From: a virus
Length of the DNA: 64,000 nt
Strand: one strand, 5' to 3'
IMG/VR virus record: IMGVR_UViG_3300034073_002131
Coordinates: 1-64,000 of that record
A model generated the notes under the pieces. It was not told the origin of the DNA. It worked only from the letters and a program-made list of their open reading frames with translations, and made no database searches. This document shows positions 15,644 through 26,241 of the stretch, in pieces (within the stretch, counting starts at the first letter, position 1; every line of letters begins with the position of its first letter). Made by a program: the position numbers and the translations under genes.

Positions 15644-15672
15644 TTGCTAAGCCCATATAATTAGTGTATAAT
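15644..15672 (+). promoter_or_regulatory. Sigma70-type promoter
   Basis: TTGCTA-17 nt-TATAAT. Confidence 0.7.
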
Positions 15673-15698
15673 ATTTATATTCTATTGGATAAAGCCTT

Positions 15699-16460
15699 AT
15701 GAAAATCACGATTCCCACAAATTGTCCGTGTTGTGACTACTCACTTGAGTGGGTTAATGACCAACTGTTTTGCCGGAATCAAGCTTGCAGTGCCCAGCTT
15801 GGTAAAAAGTTGGAACACTTTTGCAAGACCCTTGGTATCAAGGGCATGGGCTCTAAGACTATAGAAAAACTAGAACTGGCAGATATTACTGAACTCTACT
15901 ACCTAGAGGAAAGTGAGATTGCTGAATGCTTGGGTAGTGAACGTATGGCTGAGAAACTGATTGATGAAATCAATCGCAGCCGTAGCGCTGATCTAACCGA
16001 AGTCCTAGCAAGTTTTAGTATTCCCCTAATTGGTAATACCGCTTCACAAAAAGTCTCCAAAGTGGTCAGTCATATCGACGAAATCACAGCAGAAAAATGT
16101 CGTGAAGCCGGTTTAGGGGAAAAAGCCACTGAAAATCTTATGAATTGGATTCAAACAGATTTTCAAGAAATGAGAGAATTTCTGCCGTTCTCATTTCAAT
16201 CTAACCATGTAGTAGATGCCCTAGAAAATAGAAAAACTATTTGTATTACTGGTAAACTAAAAAGTTTTAAAACTAAACAAGAAGCATACGATCAACTTGA
16301 ACAGCTTGGATTTAAAATTTCCGAAACTGTAACCAAATCCCTAGACTTTCTAGTTGACGAATCTGACAAATCTAGTTCTAAGCGTAAACGTGCCGAAGAA
16401 CTAAATATTAAAATTATCACAGACCTACAACAATTTTTGAAAGAAAATAAAGATGACTGA
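15699..16460 (+). CDS. ligB: NAD-dependent DNA ligase, subunit B (Zn finger, HhH, BRCT)
   Basis: P.NCP.C...C....C, GIKGMG HhH, ICITG BRCT. Confidence 0.9.
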   Translation: MKITIPTNCPCCDYSLEWVNDQLFCRNQACSAQLGKKLEHFCKTLGIKGMGSKTIEKLELADITELYYLEESEIAECLGSERMAEKLIDEINRSRSADLTEVLASFSIPLIGNTASQKVSKVVSHIDEITAEKCREAGLGEKATENLMNWIQTDFQEMREFLPFSFQSNHVVDALENRKTICITGKLKSFKTKQEAYDQLEQLGFKISETVTKSLDFLVDESDKSSSKRKRAEELNIKIITDLQQFLKENKDD

Positions 16461-17199
16461 AAAAGCTAAAAAATGGAATGACGAGGTTGTTGACCAACTG
16501 CTTCAAATCGTTGGTAGCCAAACTCCCGTTAGCGTAGCTAAAGTTGAAGAAGCCGCCGAAACCCTTGGATTCACTACCCGTAGCATTGCTGCTAAACTCC
16601 GCCAGCTGGACCGTGATGTTGCTAGCATGGCTAAAGAAAAGACCACTGCCTTTACTGATGACGAGACTGATGATCTTGCCAACTTTGTTGAGGATAATGT
16701 TGGTCGTTATACCTACAAAGAAATCGCAGATAAGTTTGCTGACGGCAAGTTTACTGCTAAACAGATTCAGGGTAAACTTCTTGCCCTAGAACTTACCGGC
16801 GCTGTAAAGCCTGCCGAAAAAGTTGAAGTTGCTCGTACCTACACAGAAGCTGAAGAAGCAAAGTTTATTCAAATGGCTGAGCGTGGTGCCTTTATCGAGG
16901 ATATCGCCACTGCCCTGAATAAGACTGTTGCAAGTGTACGTGGCAAGGCTCTTAGCCTTACTCGTAAAGGTCAAATTGCTAAGATTCCCGCACAGCGTGA
17001 GTCTCATGCTAAAGATCAAGTTGATCCTATCGTTGCCCTTGGCAGCCGTATCGCTACCATGACTGTAGCTGAGATTGCCAAAGAAGTTGATAAGACTGAG
17101 CGTGGTCTTCGTACCCTTCTTACCCGCCGCGGAATTAATGTTGCCGATTACAAAGGCGCAGACAAGAAAGCCAAGGCCGAGGCTAAAGCTGCTGCCTAA
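16453..17199 (+). CDS. D5: T5 D5-like DNA-binding transcription factor
   Basis: Repeated HTH-like units; syntenic after ligase B. Confidence 0.8.
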   Translation: MTEKAKKWNDEVVDQLLQIVGSQTPVSVAKVEEAAETLGFTTRSIAAKLRQLDRDVASMAKEKTTAFTDDETDDLANFVEDNVGRYTYKEIADKFADGKFTAKQIQGKLLALELTGAVKPAEKVEVARTYTEAEEAKFIQMAERGAFIEDIATALNKTVASVRGKALSLTRKGQIAKIPAQRESHAKDQVDPIVALGSRIATMTVAEIAKEVDKTERGLRTLLTRRGINVADYKGADKKAKAEAKAAA

Positions 17200-17220
17200 T
17201 CTAGATTAGGCATAACACTA

Positions 17221-17252
17221 GGCCGGGAGTCTAATCAACTCCCGGCCTTTTT
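17221..17252 (+). terminator. Intrinsic terminator
   Basis: ggccgggagt/actcccggcc plus T-run. Confidence 0.85.
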
Positions 17253-17268
17253 ACTTTGGATACTGTAA

Positions 17269-17568
17269 ATGAAAGTTACAATCACATATCACGATACAGA
17301 ATCGTTTACTGTAGAAGAAGTAGTAAAGCAGGCAGTACATAACTATGGTCGTCAAGCTCAGGTAGAGGTTATGCCAGAGTCTACAATGGCATATGACCAT
17401 ATATATTTTGGATTACAACAGCTCGTAACGCATGAACAGCTGAGCCTACTATTTGATAAAGGCAGTAGTTATCAGCAGGATATCAAAAAATTACGAGAAA
17501 ATATTGTTTATAAAGTTACAGAAATTATAGACCAAGTTATAGTAGACAATGAATCTAAGGTAGGTTAA
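17269..17568 (+). CDS. Hypothetical protein
   Basis: ORF upstream of helicase. Confidence 0.7.
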   Translation: MKVTITYHDTESFTVEEVVKQAVHNYGRQAQVEVMPESTMAYDHIYFGLQQLVTHEQLSLLFDKGSSYQQDIKKLRENIVYKVTEIIDQVIVDNESKVG

Positions 17569-17569
17569 T

Positions 17570-18946
17570 GTGGATGTATCCGCCGTAGTCTTAAATAAAT
17601 TGCTATCTGAGCAAAGCCTAGATATATGGGCAAAGCTTAAGCTGGTGTTTTTAGACCCGGCATACTCCTCTTTGTATAGTGTCATCAATAAACACTATGA
17701 ACGGTACAATAAGCTACCTAATTTTGATGACTTAGAACTTACTATTAGAGAAGGTCCGGCAGCTAAAACTCTAGCTACATTAAAATTAACTGAGATACCT
17801 GATGTTAGTGCTGAAGTAGCGCTTGATGCTCTTATAGATCAGTATACTCAGAATGAGACTGTAAAATTATTAGATAAATTTGTAGACAAACTGCCACTTT
17901 ACGACTCCAACGAAATAAAAGAAAACTTATCAACGATAGCCCTAACCATAGAAGAAAAAACGCATACATCTGAAAAGGTGTATACAATGAGCGATATTCT
18001 TCTGTTTCGCAATCCTCAAGAGTTAGAAAAAGAACGTGTTTATCTTGGACTTAACAACACTTTTGATGCTGTGCTTGGCGGTGTGGCTAGACAAGAACTC
18101 ATACTCATCGGCGGTAAACGAGGTAGCGGTAAAAGTATTACTAGTAGTAATATTTTTATTAATCAGTACGAGAGTGGTAATAGCTGCCTATACTTTAGCA
18201 TAGAGATGACGGCTATAGAGGTAATGGAGCGAAACCTTGCTATCCTAGCTAATGTAAATCATCAAAGCCTAAAACAAAATAAATTAACTGATGAAGAAGT
18301 GCTCAAAGTAGTAAAAGCCAGGGCCGAGATGTTTGAAGATGCAGACCAAACCGTTCTAGAATTTATGCGTCACAGAGACAGATTTAAATTTGAAGAAACA
18401 CTAGTCAGAAACTATCGTCTAAAACAAACCAATCAGATGGTTATTGTTGATGACAGAGATTTGAGTATTGGTGCCATTGACTTGCACATTGGTAAGATGA
18501 AAGCTAAATTTGGTGATAAACTAGCTGTTGTAGTAGTAGACTACTTAAATCAAATTGTTGCGGAAGGTATAGATCAGTACGACTGGAAACCTCAAATTGA
18601 GGTTTCCAAGAAATTAAAGAATCTAGCCAGAAAGTATGAAATTGTGCTAGTAAGTCCATATCAAATTGACGCTAATGGCGAAGCAAGGTTTTCAAAAGGT
18701 ATTCTTGATGCTGCTGATATTGCACTGGTAATGGAAGCGCATGATAAAGAAAAACAAGCAATTACCTTTGAAACCACTAAAATACGTGGTGGTAAAGAGA
18801 TGCAATTTACTTGTCCAATTGATTGGGATACACTACGTATTAGTCCTCAAACTATAGAAAAACCAGAGCACGAAGAAAAAGTAAAACGTGCAGGAAAAAC
18901 TAAGAAAACGCAAGAACCAGTAGACGATCTACCGTGGGACACATAA
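17570..18946 (+). CDS. DnaB-like replicative helicase (T5 D6-like)
   Basis: GKRGSGKS Walker A, FSIEM, VVVDY. Confidence 0.92.
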   Translation: MDVSAVVLNKLLSEQSLDIWAKLKLVFLDPAYSSLYSVINKHYERYNKLPNFDDLELTIREGPAAKTLATLKLTEIPDVSAEVALDALIDQYTQNETVKLLDKFVDKLPLYDSNEIKENLSTIALTIEEKTHTSEKVYTMSDILLFRNPQELEKERVYLGLNNTFDAVLGGVARQELILIGGKRGSGKSITSSNIFINQYESGNSCLYFSIEMTAIEVMERNLAILANVNHQSLKQNKLTDEEVLKVVKARAEMFEDADQTVLEFMRHRDRFKFEETLVRNYRLKQTNQMVIVDDRDLSIGAIDLHIGKMKAKFGDKLAVVVVDYLNQIVAEGIDQYDWKPQIEVSKKLKNLARKYEIVLVSPYQIDANGEARFSKGILDAADIALVMEAHDKEKQAITFETTKIRGGKEMQFTCPIDWDTLRISPQTIEKPEHEEKVKRAGKTKKTQEPVDDLPWDT

Positions 18947-19807
18947 ATGAGCGATCCAGTACTAGAACTATTGCAAAAACAAGGATTAAGCTATACCGTA
19001 AGTGGTAGGGATTATCTTGTAAAATGCATCAATCCAGAACATGACGATTCAAATCCTAGTTTTAGAATAGATCGAGTAACTGGAGTTGCTCATTGTTTTA
19101 GTTGTGGGTTTAAAACAAATGTATTTAAACATTTTAATGTTTTTACAAACCCAGTACCAATTAAAATAGCTAAATTAAAGAAAAAATTGCGTGATCTTAT
19201 GGTTACAAATGCTGGATTAGATATGCCTCCAGGAGCTACTCCGTACACAAAACAATTTAGAGGAATTAGTCCAAAAACTTTAAAGAAGTTTGAAGCGTTT
19301 TACACAAATCAAGTAGAAAAACTTCAGGATAGAATAATTTTTCCAATCTGGGATATTACCAATAAGATCCAAGTATTTGTTGCTAGGCATACAATGAGCA
19401 ATGGAAACCCTAGATACCTAAACTATCCTAGCGGTGTGCAAATTCCCCTATTTCCTCCACATATGCCTTACGATTCAACTAGCCTAGTTATGGTTGAAGG
19501 TATATTTGATTTACTTAATATATACGATAAAGGCCTACACCCAGTCGTATGTACTTTTGGTACAAATACGTTACAAAACGATACACAACTTAAGCTATTA
19601 CCCTACAAAGCTCAAGGTATAACAAAAATCTATTTGATGTTTGATGGAGATGAGGCAGGTCAAAGTGCTATGCAAACACTAAAACCACTCATTGAAGACT
19701 GCGGTTTTCTAGTAGAAATTATAAATCTACCAGAAGATACAGATCCCGGCGAACTAGATCAAGAAACAGTAGACAGCATAAAAAATTATATTGGATATAA
19801 CACATGA
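18947..19807 (+). CDS. DNA primase
   Basis: C..P.H.D..PS..C..C Zn finger, EGIFD, FDGDEAG Toprim. Confidence 0.92.
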   Translation: MSDPVLELLQKQGLSYTVSGRDYLVKCINPEHDDSNPSFRIDRVTGVAHCFSCGFKTNVFKHFNVFTNPVPIKIAKLKKKLRDLMVTNAGLDMPPGATPYTKQFRGISPKTLKKFEAFYTNQVEKLQDRIIFPIWDITNKIQVFVARHTMSNGNPRYLNYPSGVQIPLFPPHMPYDSTSLVMVEGIFDLLNIYDKGLHPVVCTFGTNTLQNDTQLKLLPYKAQGITKIYLMFDGDEAGQSAMQTLKPLIEDCGFLVEIINLPEDTDPGELDQETVDSIKNYIGYNT

Positions 19808-22086
19808 AGCGCGTAGCCTTAATTGACAAAGCCCCAAATAGAACTAGATATTCTGACTACTTTCCTTTTGAATTTGAACACTTTCATATGAGTAGTGTTC
19901 CTATCACTAAACTACTCAAAAAAGATGTTGATCTAGATTTCGATCACGAACTATACGACCTAGTTATCCTAGTGGGCGCAGAAGCTGCCAAAGAATATGC
20001 TAAAGTTACTAGTGTTACTAATATGGCGGGTCAACTAGTAGATGATAAGTTTGTGTGTATTACAAATCCCGCCATGCTTGCGTTTAAACCAGAAGGTAAA
20101 CCTGATTTTGAACGTGCACTAGACAAAATCATTAAGATTTATAATGGTGAAGTTAAGCCTATACAAGCTGGAGACTACAAAGGTATTGATGATACCGTAG
20201 AGGCTAAAGAGTTCTTTAGAGAAGTTCTAGCTAATGCGCAGGGTGTAGTCTGCATGGACACAGAAACTACCGCACTGTATCCTAGAGACGGTTATGTGCT
20301 TGGTCTTAGTGTAACCTACAAATTAAAACATGGTAGATACATTCTTACAGATTGCCTAGACGAAGAATGTATTCAACTAATTCAAGAAATTGCTGATACT
20401 TTTGATATTGTGTTTCATAATCTAAAGTTTGACTTTAAGATGATTCGATATCACCTTGGAATTAACTTTAGATCAGATCATGTACATGACACTATGGTTA
20501 TGCACTATGTGCTGGACGAAACTGATAGTCATGGCTTAAAAGAATTAGCCTTAAAGTACACAGATTTTGGTGATTACGATTCAGCACTTGATACTTTCAA
20601 AAAAGAATACTGCAGATCAAAAGGTATTCTAGAAGAACAGTTTACTTATGATCTAATTCCGTTTGATATTATCTCAGAATATGCAAGTATTGATACTGCT
20701 GTAACCTATGAGTTATATCAAAAGTTCTGGCCTATTATTCAAAAGAACGATAAGTTCTCTTGGGTATATAAAAATCTCCTAATTGATGGTACTGTGTTTC
20801 TCATGAATATGGAAGAAGTAGGTATTCCTATTAGTGTAGAAAGAATGCAAGCTGCAAAACTCTATCTAGATGATCAGATTGAAGAAGCAAAACAGGCTAT
20901 ATTTACCTACAAGGAGGTACAAGAATTTGAAAAAGATTCTGGTAAAATCTTTAATGCTAATTCTGTGTTTCATCTACGTGAGGTACTATTCGACTATGTT
21001 GGATTACAGCCTACAGGTAAGAAAACTAGTACAGGAGCAGTTTCTACAGACGCCGAAGTCCTAGAAAAGCTCAGCGAAGAACACCCTTTACCGGGCGCTA
21101 TTTTAAAAGTTAGACAGCTAGGTAAAATTCAAAATACCTATATTAATAAAATCCTACCGGAGCTAGACAAAGATGGTAGAATTAGGACTAATTTTAATCT
21201 TATTTTCACAACAAGTGGTCGACTTAGTTCTAGTGGGAAATTTAATGCACAACAAATACCACGAGATGACCCAATCATTAAAGGATGTATTAGAGCTCCC
21301 TTGGGTTATAAAATAGTTTCTCAAGACTTAACTACTGCAGAAATGTACTATGCGGCTGTACTAAGTGCAGATAAAAACCTACAACAAGTATTTAGCAGCG
21401 GCGGAGATTTTCACTCTACAATTGCTAAAATGGTATTTAATTTGCCTTGCGAAGTAGATCAGGTTAAAAAACTGTACCCAGAAATGCGTCAAAGTGCTAA
21501 AGCTATCAGTTTTGGTATTTTGTACGGATCAGGTGCTCAAAAAGTGTCTGTAACTGTTACAAAAGCTACTGGAAAGCCATATCCGGTTAGACAAGCACAA
21601 GACGATATTGATGCATATTTTAACAAGTTTAATAAACTAAAAAAGTGGCTGGACAGCCGCAAAAAGTTTATTGAAGAAAACGGCTTTACTTATAGCTTTT
21701 TTGGTAGAAAACGCAGGTTGCCTAATGTGTTCTCTAGCGATAAGGGTATTGCAGCACATGAAGTGCGAAGTGGAATTAACAGCGAAGTACAATCTCTAGC
21801 CAGTGATATGAATTTGCTAGCCGCAATGGAAACTCAGCAAGAAGTTAATAGTCTTGGCCTGGATGCTAAAATATTCATGCTAGTACACGACTCGATTGTT
21901 GCACTAGTTAATGAAAAAGATGTTGACGCCTACTGCAAAATTCTAAAAACTAGAACTCAGACTGATCGTGGATGCAGTATTTCTGGTTCACCTATTGGTG
22001 TAGATCAAGATATTGGCGATGATTACAGTTTTGGATCTTTTGAGGAAATTTATGAACTTAGGGGAGATCGTCTGGCCCGTATTTAG
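19804..22086 (+). CDS. polA: DNA polymerase family A (T5-like) with 3'-5' exonuclease
   Basis: DTET, HNLKFD, TTSGRLSS, RQSAKAISFGILYG, VHDS. Confidence 0.96.
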   Translation: MKRVALIDKAPNRTRYSDYFPFEFEHFHMSSVPITKLLKKDVDLDFDHELYDLVILVGAEAAKEYAKVTSVTNMAGQLVDDKFVCITNPAMLAFKPEGKPDFERALDKIIKIYNGEVKPIQAGDYKGIDDTVEAKEFFREVLANAQGVVCMDTETTALYPRDGYVLGLSVTYKLKHGRYILTDCLDEECIQLIQEIADTFDIVFHNLKFDFKMIRYHLGINFRSDHVHDTMVMHYVLDETDSHGLKELALKYTDFGDYDSALDTFKKEYCRSKGILEEQFTYDLIPFDIISEYASIDTAVTYELYQKFWPIIQKNDKFSWVYKNLLIDGTVFLMNMEEVGIPISVERMQAAKLYLDDQIEEAKQAIFTYKEVQEFEKDSGKIFNANSVFHLREVLFDYVGLQPTGKKTSTGAVSTDAEVLEKLSEEHPLPGAILKVRQLGKIQNTYINKILPELDKDGRIRTNFNLIFTTSGRLSSSGKFNAQQIPRDDPIIKGCIRAPLGYKIVSQDLTTAEMYYAAVLSADKNLQQVFSSGGDFHSTIAKMVFNLPCEVDQVKKLYPEMRQSAKAISFGILYGSGAQKVSVTVTKATGKPYPVRQAQDDIDAYFNKFNKLKKWLDSRKKFIEENGFTYSFFGRKRRLPNVFSSDKGIAAHEVRSGINSEVQSLASDMNLLAAMETQQEVNSLGLDAKIFMLVHDSIVALVNEKDVDAYCKILKTRTQTDRGCSISGSPIGVDQDIGDDYSFGSFEEIYELRGDRLARI

Positions 22087-22591
22087 ACTAGGGGAGCACA
22101 AGCCCATTATTGAAGATGGGGTTGTGTTCTACTCTAAAGAGTACATGGACAAAGACTCTACAAGTAGTTTTATAGGTTTTCGCCTTGTAGATGATAGGAA
22201 TCTAGATGCCCCGACCCTAGGGCTAAGGCGTCTACAGCTAAAGTATCAACTAGACCAATCAAAACTGTTTCCTATTACACGTGCAATATACTTTTTGGCA
22301 GATTTAATAAAATTAGCAAAGCCTACTACATGGTTTATAGACAACCATGGAAACCTATTCCAGTACAAAAAATCCACACGCGCCAAGCTGACTTGTAAGA
22401 AGATTAAAAGAGTGTTACCTGCGACCAACCTAGGGTGTATACTAGAAATTGAGGGTCTAGATCAGAGATTTAAGTCGCTTAGACATCCACAAAATGGCGA
22501 ACGATACGCTGGTATCCTGCAGTGGGGTTTGGGTTATATGTTGTATGGTTTATACTTGGATCCATTTAAAACTACTTATAGGTTAATCTAG
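22052..22591 (+). CDS. T5-like conserved hypothetical protein
   Basis: Syntenic between polymerase and D10; LGLRRLQ, FID..G..F.Y.KS. Confidence 0.7.
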   Translation: MNLGEIVWPVFRLGEHKPIIEDGVVFYSKEYMDKDSTSSFIGFRLVDDRNLDAPTLGLRRLQLKYQLDQSKLFPITRAIYFLADLIKLAKPTTWFIDNHGNLFQYKKSTRAKLTCKKIKRVLPATNLGCILEIEGLDQRFKSLRHPQNGERYAGILQWGLGYMLYGLYLDPFKTTYRLI

Positions 22592-22594
22592 CAA

Positions 22595-23887
22595 ATGAAA
22601 GCAGTAATAAGTAATAAAATCTACTTAAATGATCCGGGCGCAGAATACTCTAAAAAGATTATTGATACTCTTACCTATAAGTTTAAAAAAGATACTGGTA
22701 GTAAGCACTTTAGTAGTATAGAAACTATCAGAAACTATAAAATTATTGGCAATGGTATTATTAGTGTTCCACAAGGGCGTCAAGACCTAATTCCACCCGG
22801 TTGGGAAGTAGTAGATAAACGAGTATTTGTTCCTGCTCCATTTCCCGACCCTAAGTTTGAGCTACGCCCAGAACAGCAACAAGTATGTGATGAGATTAAG
22901 GATACCTGTTTTATTAATGCACTAGTAGGCTGGGGTAAAACATTTACTGCACTACATCTTGCTAGAAAACTGGGTCAAAAAACACTAGTAATTACTCATA
23001 CTACAGCGCTTAGGGATCAGTGGTGTGAAGAAGTAGAAAACCTATTTGGTATTAGGGCGGGAGTTATAGGTAGTGGTAAGCTAGACTGGGAAGATCATGC
23101 TATTACTGTGGCTAATGTACAAACTCTTGTAAAACATTGCGCAAGTCTAAGTAAAGAATTTGGAACAATTATCTTAGATGAAGCACACCACTGCCCAGCA
23201 ACAACATTTACACAAATTATTGATACTTTCCACAGTAGGTTTCGCATTGCCCTAAGTGGAACAATGCAGCGTAAAGATGGAAAACACGTTTTATTTCAAG
23301 ACTATTTTGGAAACCATGTTATCAAGCCAGCCCAAAGTAATACACTGGCCCCCACAGTCAGAACAGTTAACACCGGAATTACACTTAAACATGGAGCTAC
23401 TTGGGTTGAGAAAGTAAACACACTAGCAAATGATACGGGCTATCAAGAATTTATTGCAGAGATTGCTAAAGAAGAAATAGAAACGGGGCATCAAGTACTT
23501 ATAATTGCAGATAGAGTGGAGTTTTTACGAAATGTCAAAGAATACATCGGAGAAAATTGTGTGTTGGTTACTGGCGAAACATCCTTCGATGAGCGTCAGG
23601 CGATTAAACAGCAGCTACTCAACCGCGAAAAAATGTCGATTGCTGGTAGCAGACAAATCTTTTCAGAAGGAATCTCAATCAACTCACTCTCCTGTGTTAT
23701 CCTAGCAATACCCATGAACAATGATAGCTTGTTAGAGCAAGTTATTGGTAGAATACAACGTCAATATCCTGATAAATTAGACCCACTAGTAATAGACATA
23801 CAGTTTGCTGGTTGGGTAGATAAAAAGCAAAACCGAAATCGCCTAGGCTTATACCTTAGAAAAGGCTGGCACATTGAAACGGTTTAA
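22595..23887 (+). CDS. D10: SF2 DEAH helicase (T5 D10-like)
   Basis: GWGKT, DEAHH, SGT, Q..GR..R. Confidence 0.9.
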   Translation: MKAVISNKIYLNDPGAEYSKKIIDTLTYKFKKDTGSKHFSSIETIRNYKIIGNGIISVPQGRQDLIPPGWEVVDKRVFVPAPFPDPKFELRPEQQQVCDEIKDTCFINALVGWGKTFTALHLARKLGQKTLVITHTTALRDQWCEEVENLFGIRAGVIGSGKLDWEDHAITVANVQTLVKHCASLSKEFGTIILDEAHHCPATTFTQIIDTFHSRFRIALSGTMQRKDGKHVLFQDYFGNHVIKPAQSNTLAPTVRTVNTGITLKHGATWVEKVNTLANDTGYQEFIAEIAKEEIETGHQVLIIADRVEFLRNVKEYIGENCVLVTGETSFDERQAIKQQLLNREKMSIAGSRQIFSEGISINSLSCVILAIPMNNDSLLEQVIGRIQRQYPDKLDPLVIDIQFAGWVDKKQNRNRLGLYLRKGWHIETV

Positions 23888-23898
23888 AAAATTTTGAC

Positions 23899-23927
23899 TT
23901 GCAAAATATTCTACAAAGTGATATAAT
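23899..23927 (+). promoter_or_regulatory. Sigma70-type promoter
   Basis: TTGCAA-17 nt-TATAAT, extended TG. Confidence 0.75.
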
Positions 23928-23945
23928 ATTATTTTACTTCAAAGA

Positions 23946-24347
23946 ATGATCTTCTTTTTTAACCTAAACAAATTAGAGTCTAGTACACGTAATGATCCTG
24001 AATATTTAGTTGTGGCACTCTATAAGTGTTTTCTTGGTATTCGTATACCTAAAAATGCAAGGGAAAAGTACAAGCCAATTCTAGGTTTAGAAGCAGGCAG
24101 TAGCTACTTGTTAAACCCAAAACTACTATTTGAAGATAAAATAACAGACGCAGTATTTAAGGCACAATATATAAGGCTAGCCGGACGTAGAGATTACCTT
24201 TCCTATAAAACCATAAAGCAAAAACATCTTGACTTAACCTTATACCCAGACTTAAATATAGCTACACTTAAGCACAATCCGCTACTAATAATTGAAAACA
24301 CGCACTTAAAATTTATATACGAGGAAACAAATGGCACTCTCATTTAA
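23946..24347 (+). CDS. T5-like conserved hypothetical protein
   Basis: G.S.LLNP, Y..LA..R.Y motifs; syntenic before D11. Confidence 0.7.
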   Translation: MIFFFNLNKLESSTRNDPEYLVVALYKCFLGIRIPKNAREKYKPILGLEAGSSYLLNPKLLFEDKITDAVFKAQYIRLAGRRDYLSYKTIKQKHLDLTLYPDLNIATLKHNPLLIIENTHLKFIYEETNGTLI

Positions 24348-24975
24348 ACAAACCAAAGGCAAAGCACAAACATCTAAAGTTGAATCCTATGAGTATAAAG
24401 ACGGAGAAAACTCTGTAAGACTCATTGGTGGGGTTCTTCCGCGATATGTATACTGGGTAAAAGGCACTAATAATAAAGATATTCCTATTGAATGTCTAGC
24501 ATTTAGCCGTGAAAAAGAAAAGTTTGATAATCTAGAAAAAGATTGGGTACAAGAGGCATATCCTGACCTAAAGTGTAGTTGGAGTTATGCAGTTAACTGT
24601 ATCGACCCTAAGGACGGTAAAGTTAAAGTACTAAATCTTAAAAAGAAACTGTTTGAACAAATCTTGACTGCTGCAGAAGATTTGGGCGATCCTACTGATT
24701 ACGATACTGGTTGGGATGTTGTATTTAAACGAGTTAAAACTGGCCCACTAGCTTTTAATGTTGAATACACCCTACAAGTTCTTCGCTGTAAGCAACGCAG
24801 TCTTAGCGATGACGAGCGTAAGCTAGCTGATACTGCGCAATCGATTGATGAAAAATATCCGCGTCCTACCAGCGACGAGGTAAAAGCTCTAATCGAGAAA
24901 CTGCAAAAAGGTCAAGAAGAAGAACAAGAAAATCAAACAGATAGCGAACGTGAAGCTGTTAAAGATTTAGCTTAA
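24331..24975 (+). CDS. D11: T5 D11-like ssDNA-binding protein
   Basis: RL.G..LPRYVYW, LGDPTD...GWD..F, acidic tail. Confidence 0.8.
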   Translation: MALSFKQTKGKAQTSKVESYEYKDGENSVRLIGGVLPRYVYWVKGTNNKDIPIECLAFSREKEKFDNLEKDWVQEAYPDLKCSWSYAVNCIDPKDGKVKVLNLKKKLFEQILTAAEDLGDPTDYDTGWDVVFKRVKTGPLAFNVEYTLQVLRCKQRSLSDDERKLADTAQSIDEKYPRPTSDEVKALIEKLQKGQEEEQENQTDSEREAVKDLA

Positions 24976-24981
24976 TAATCC

Positions 24982-25015
24982 AGCCTGCTAAGCCAAAAGT
25001 TTAGCAGGCTATTTT
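24982..25015 (+). terminator. Intrinsic terminator
   Basis: agcctgctaa/ttagcaggct plus atttt. Confidence 0.75.
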
Positions 25016-25025
25016 ATCTTATATT

Positions 25026-25994
25026 ATGAAATTACTTTTTACAGCAGACATTCACATTAAATTAGGTCAAAAGAATGTGCCTATTGACTGGGCTAAAAAT
25101 AGATTTCAGCTATTTGTAGATCAATTTCATGAGATGCAAGATAAAGCTGATTTAATTATTATAGGCGGTGATGTATTCGACAGGCTACCTAATATGGACG
25201 AGGTTGAGCTATACTTTGACCTAGTAGCTAGCCTTCAAAAACCCAGTATTATTTATAGTGGTAATCATGAAATGCTTAAAAAGGATACTACCTTTTTAAC
25301 ATATCTTAAACGTGCAACTAATCGACTAAATAAACTAGTAACTGTATGCGACGATTATAGGAGTGATTTACTTGGTGGAGACATTGATATTATTCCTTAT
25401 AATAAACTACGGGATTTTCAAGATAATTACAGTACTTTAGACTTTCATGGTAGAGTACTAGTAACCCATGTTCGTGGAGATATTCCACCACACGTCAAAG
25501 CAGAGATCAATCTAGAACTACTAAATCGTTGGCAGGTAGTCCTAGCAGGAGATTTACATAGTTATGAAAATTCTCAGCGTAATATTCTTTATCCCGGTAG
25601 TCCTTATACTACTAGCTTTCATCGTAACCGAGTTGAAACTGGATGCATCTTACTTGACTTGGACAATTTGGAACATGAGTGGTTAAAGTTTGATCTTCCA
25701 CAACTTATTAAGCGAACAGTAAGTGTAGACGACCCTAAACCGCAGACACATCCCGATCACACAATCTATGAGATTGAGGGTAACCTACACGAATTAAGTC
25801 AACTAGAAGATAGTGACCTAATTGACAAAAAAGTAGTAAAACGAGCACAAGATACTCAACTTATGCTAGACCCTAACTTAACCATGGCTGAGGAAGTTCG
25901 TGAATATCTTACCTATATACTTGAACTAGACGAGCCTACAATTGATAAAGTACTAGAGGAATTTTATAATGCCCGAGATAAAATCACAGATTAA
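25026..25994 (+). CDS. D12: SbcD/Mre11-like nuclease (T5 D12-like)
   Basis: ADIH, GGDVFD, GNHE, GDLH, YPGSP. Confidence 0.9.
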   Translation: MKLLFTADIHIKLGQKNVPIDWAKNRFQLFVDQFHEMQDKADLIIIGGDVFDRLPNMDEVELYFDLVASLQKPSIIYSGNHEMLKKDTTFLTYLKRATNRLNKLVTVCDDYRSDLLGGDIDIIPYNKLRDFQDNYSTLDFHGRVLVTHVRGDIPPHVKAEINLELLNRWQVVLAGDLHSYENSQRNILYPGSPYTTSFHRNRVETGCILLDLDNLEHEWLKFDLPQLIKRTVSVDDPKPQTHPDHTIYEIEGNLHELSQLEDSDLIDKKVVKRAQDTQLMLDPNLTMAEEVREYLTYILELDEPTIDKVLEEFYNARDKITD

Positions 25995-26241
25995 AGAAGT
26001 AGTAGTGTGGTCGCAAGCAAATTGTTCTGCATGCAATACTACTAAGAAATTATTAGATCAATTAGGTATCCCATATCGGGTAATAGCAATAGATAGTGTA
26101 AAAAATAAACAATTATTTTTTACCACATTTCCTAGTGCTAGAAGTGTTCCGCAAATTGTTGTTGATGGCCAATGGGTTGGCGGATTACAAGACTTTAGAA
26201 AATTTATAAATGATAACAATAAAGCATTTAAAGTGGTCTAA
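25969..26241 (+). CDS. Glutaredoxin
   Basis: CSAC, SVPQI, VGG. Confidence 0.88.
   Translation: MPEIKSQIKEVVVWSQANCSACNTTKKLLDQLGIPYRVIAIDSVKNKQLFFTTFPSARSVPQIVVDGQWVGGLQDFRKFINDNNKAFKVV

Noticed and set aside
14655-16460. Split NAD-dependent ligase as a frameshift or novelty
   Set aside because: The two-gene ligase is an established T5-family trait.
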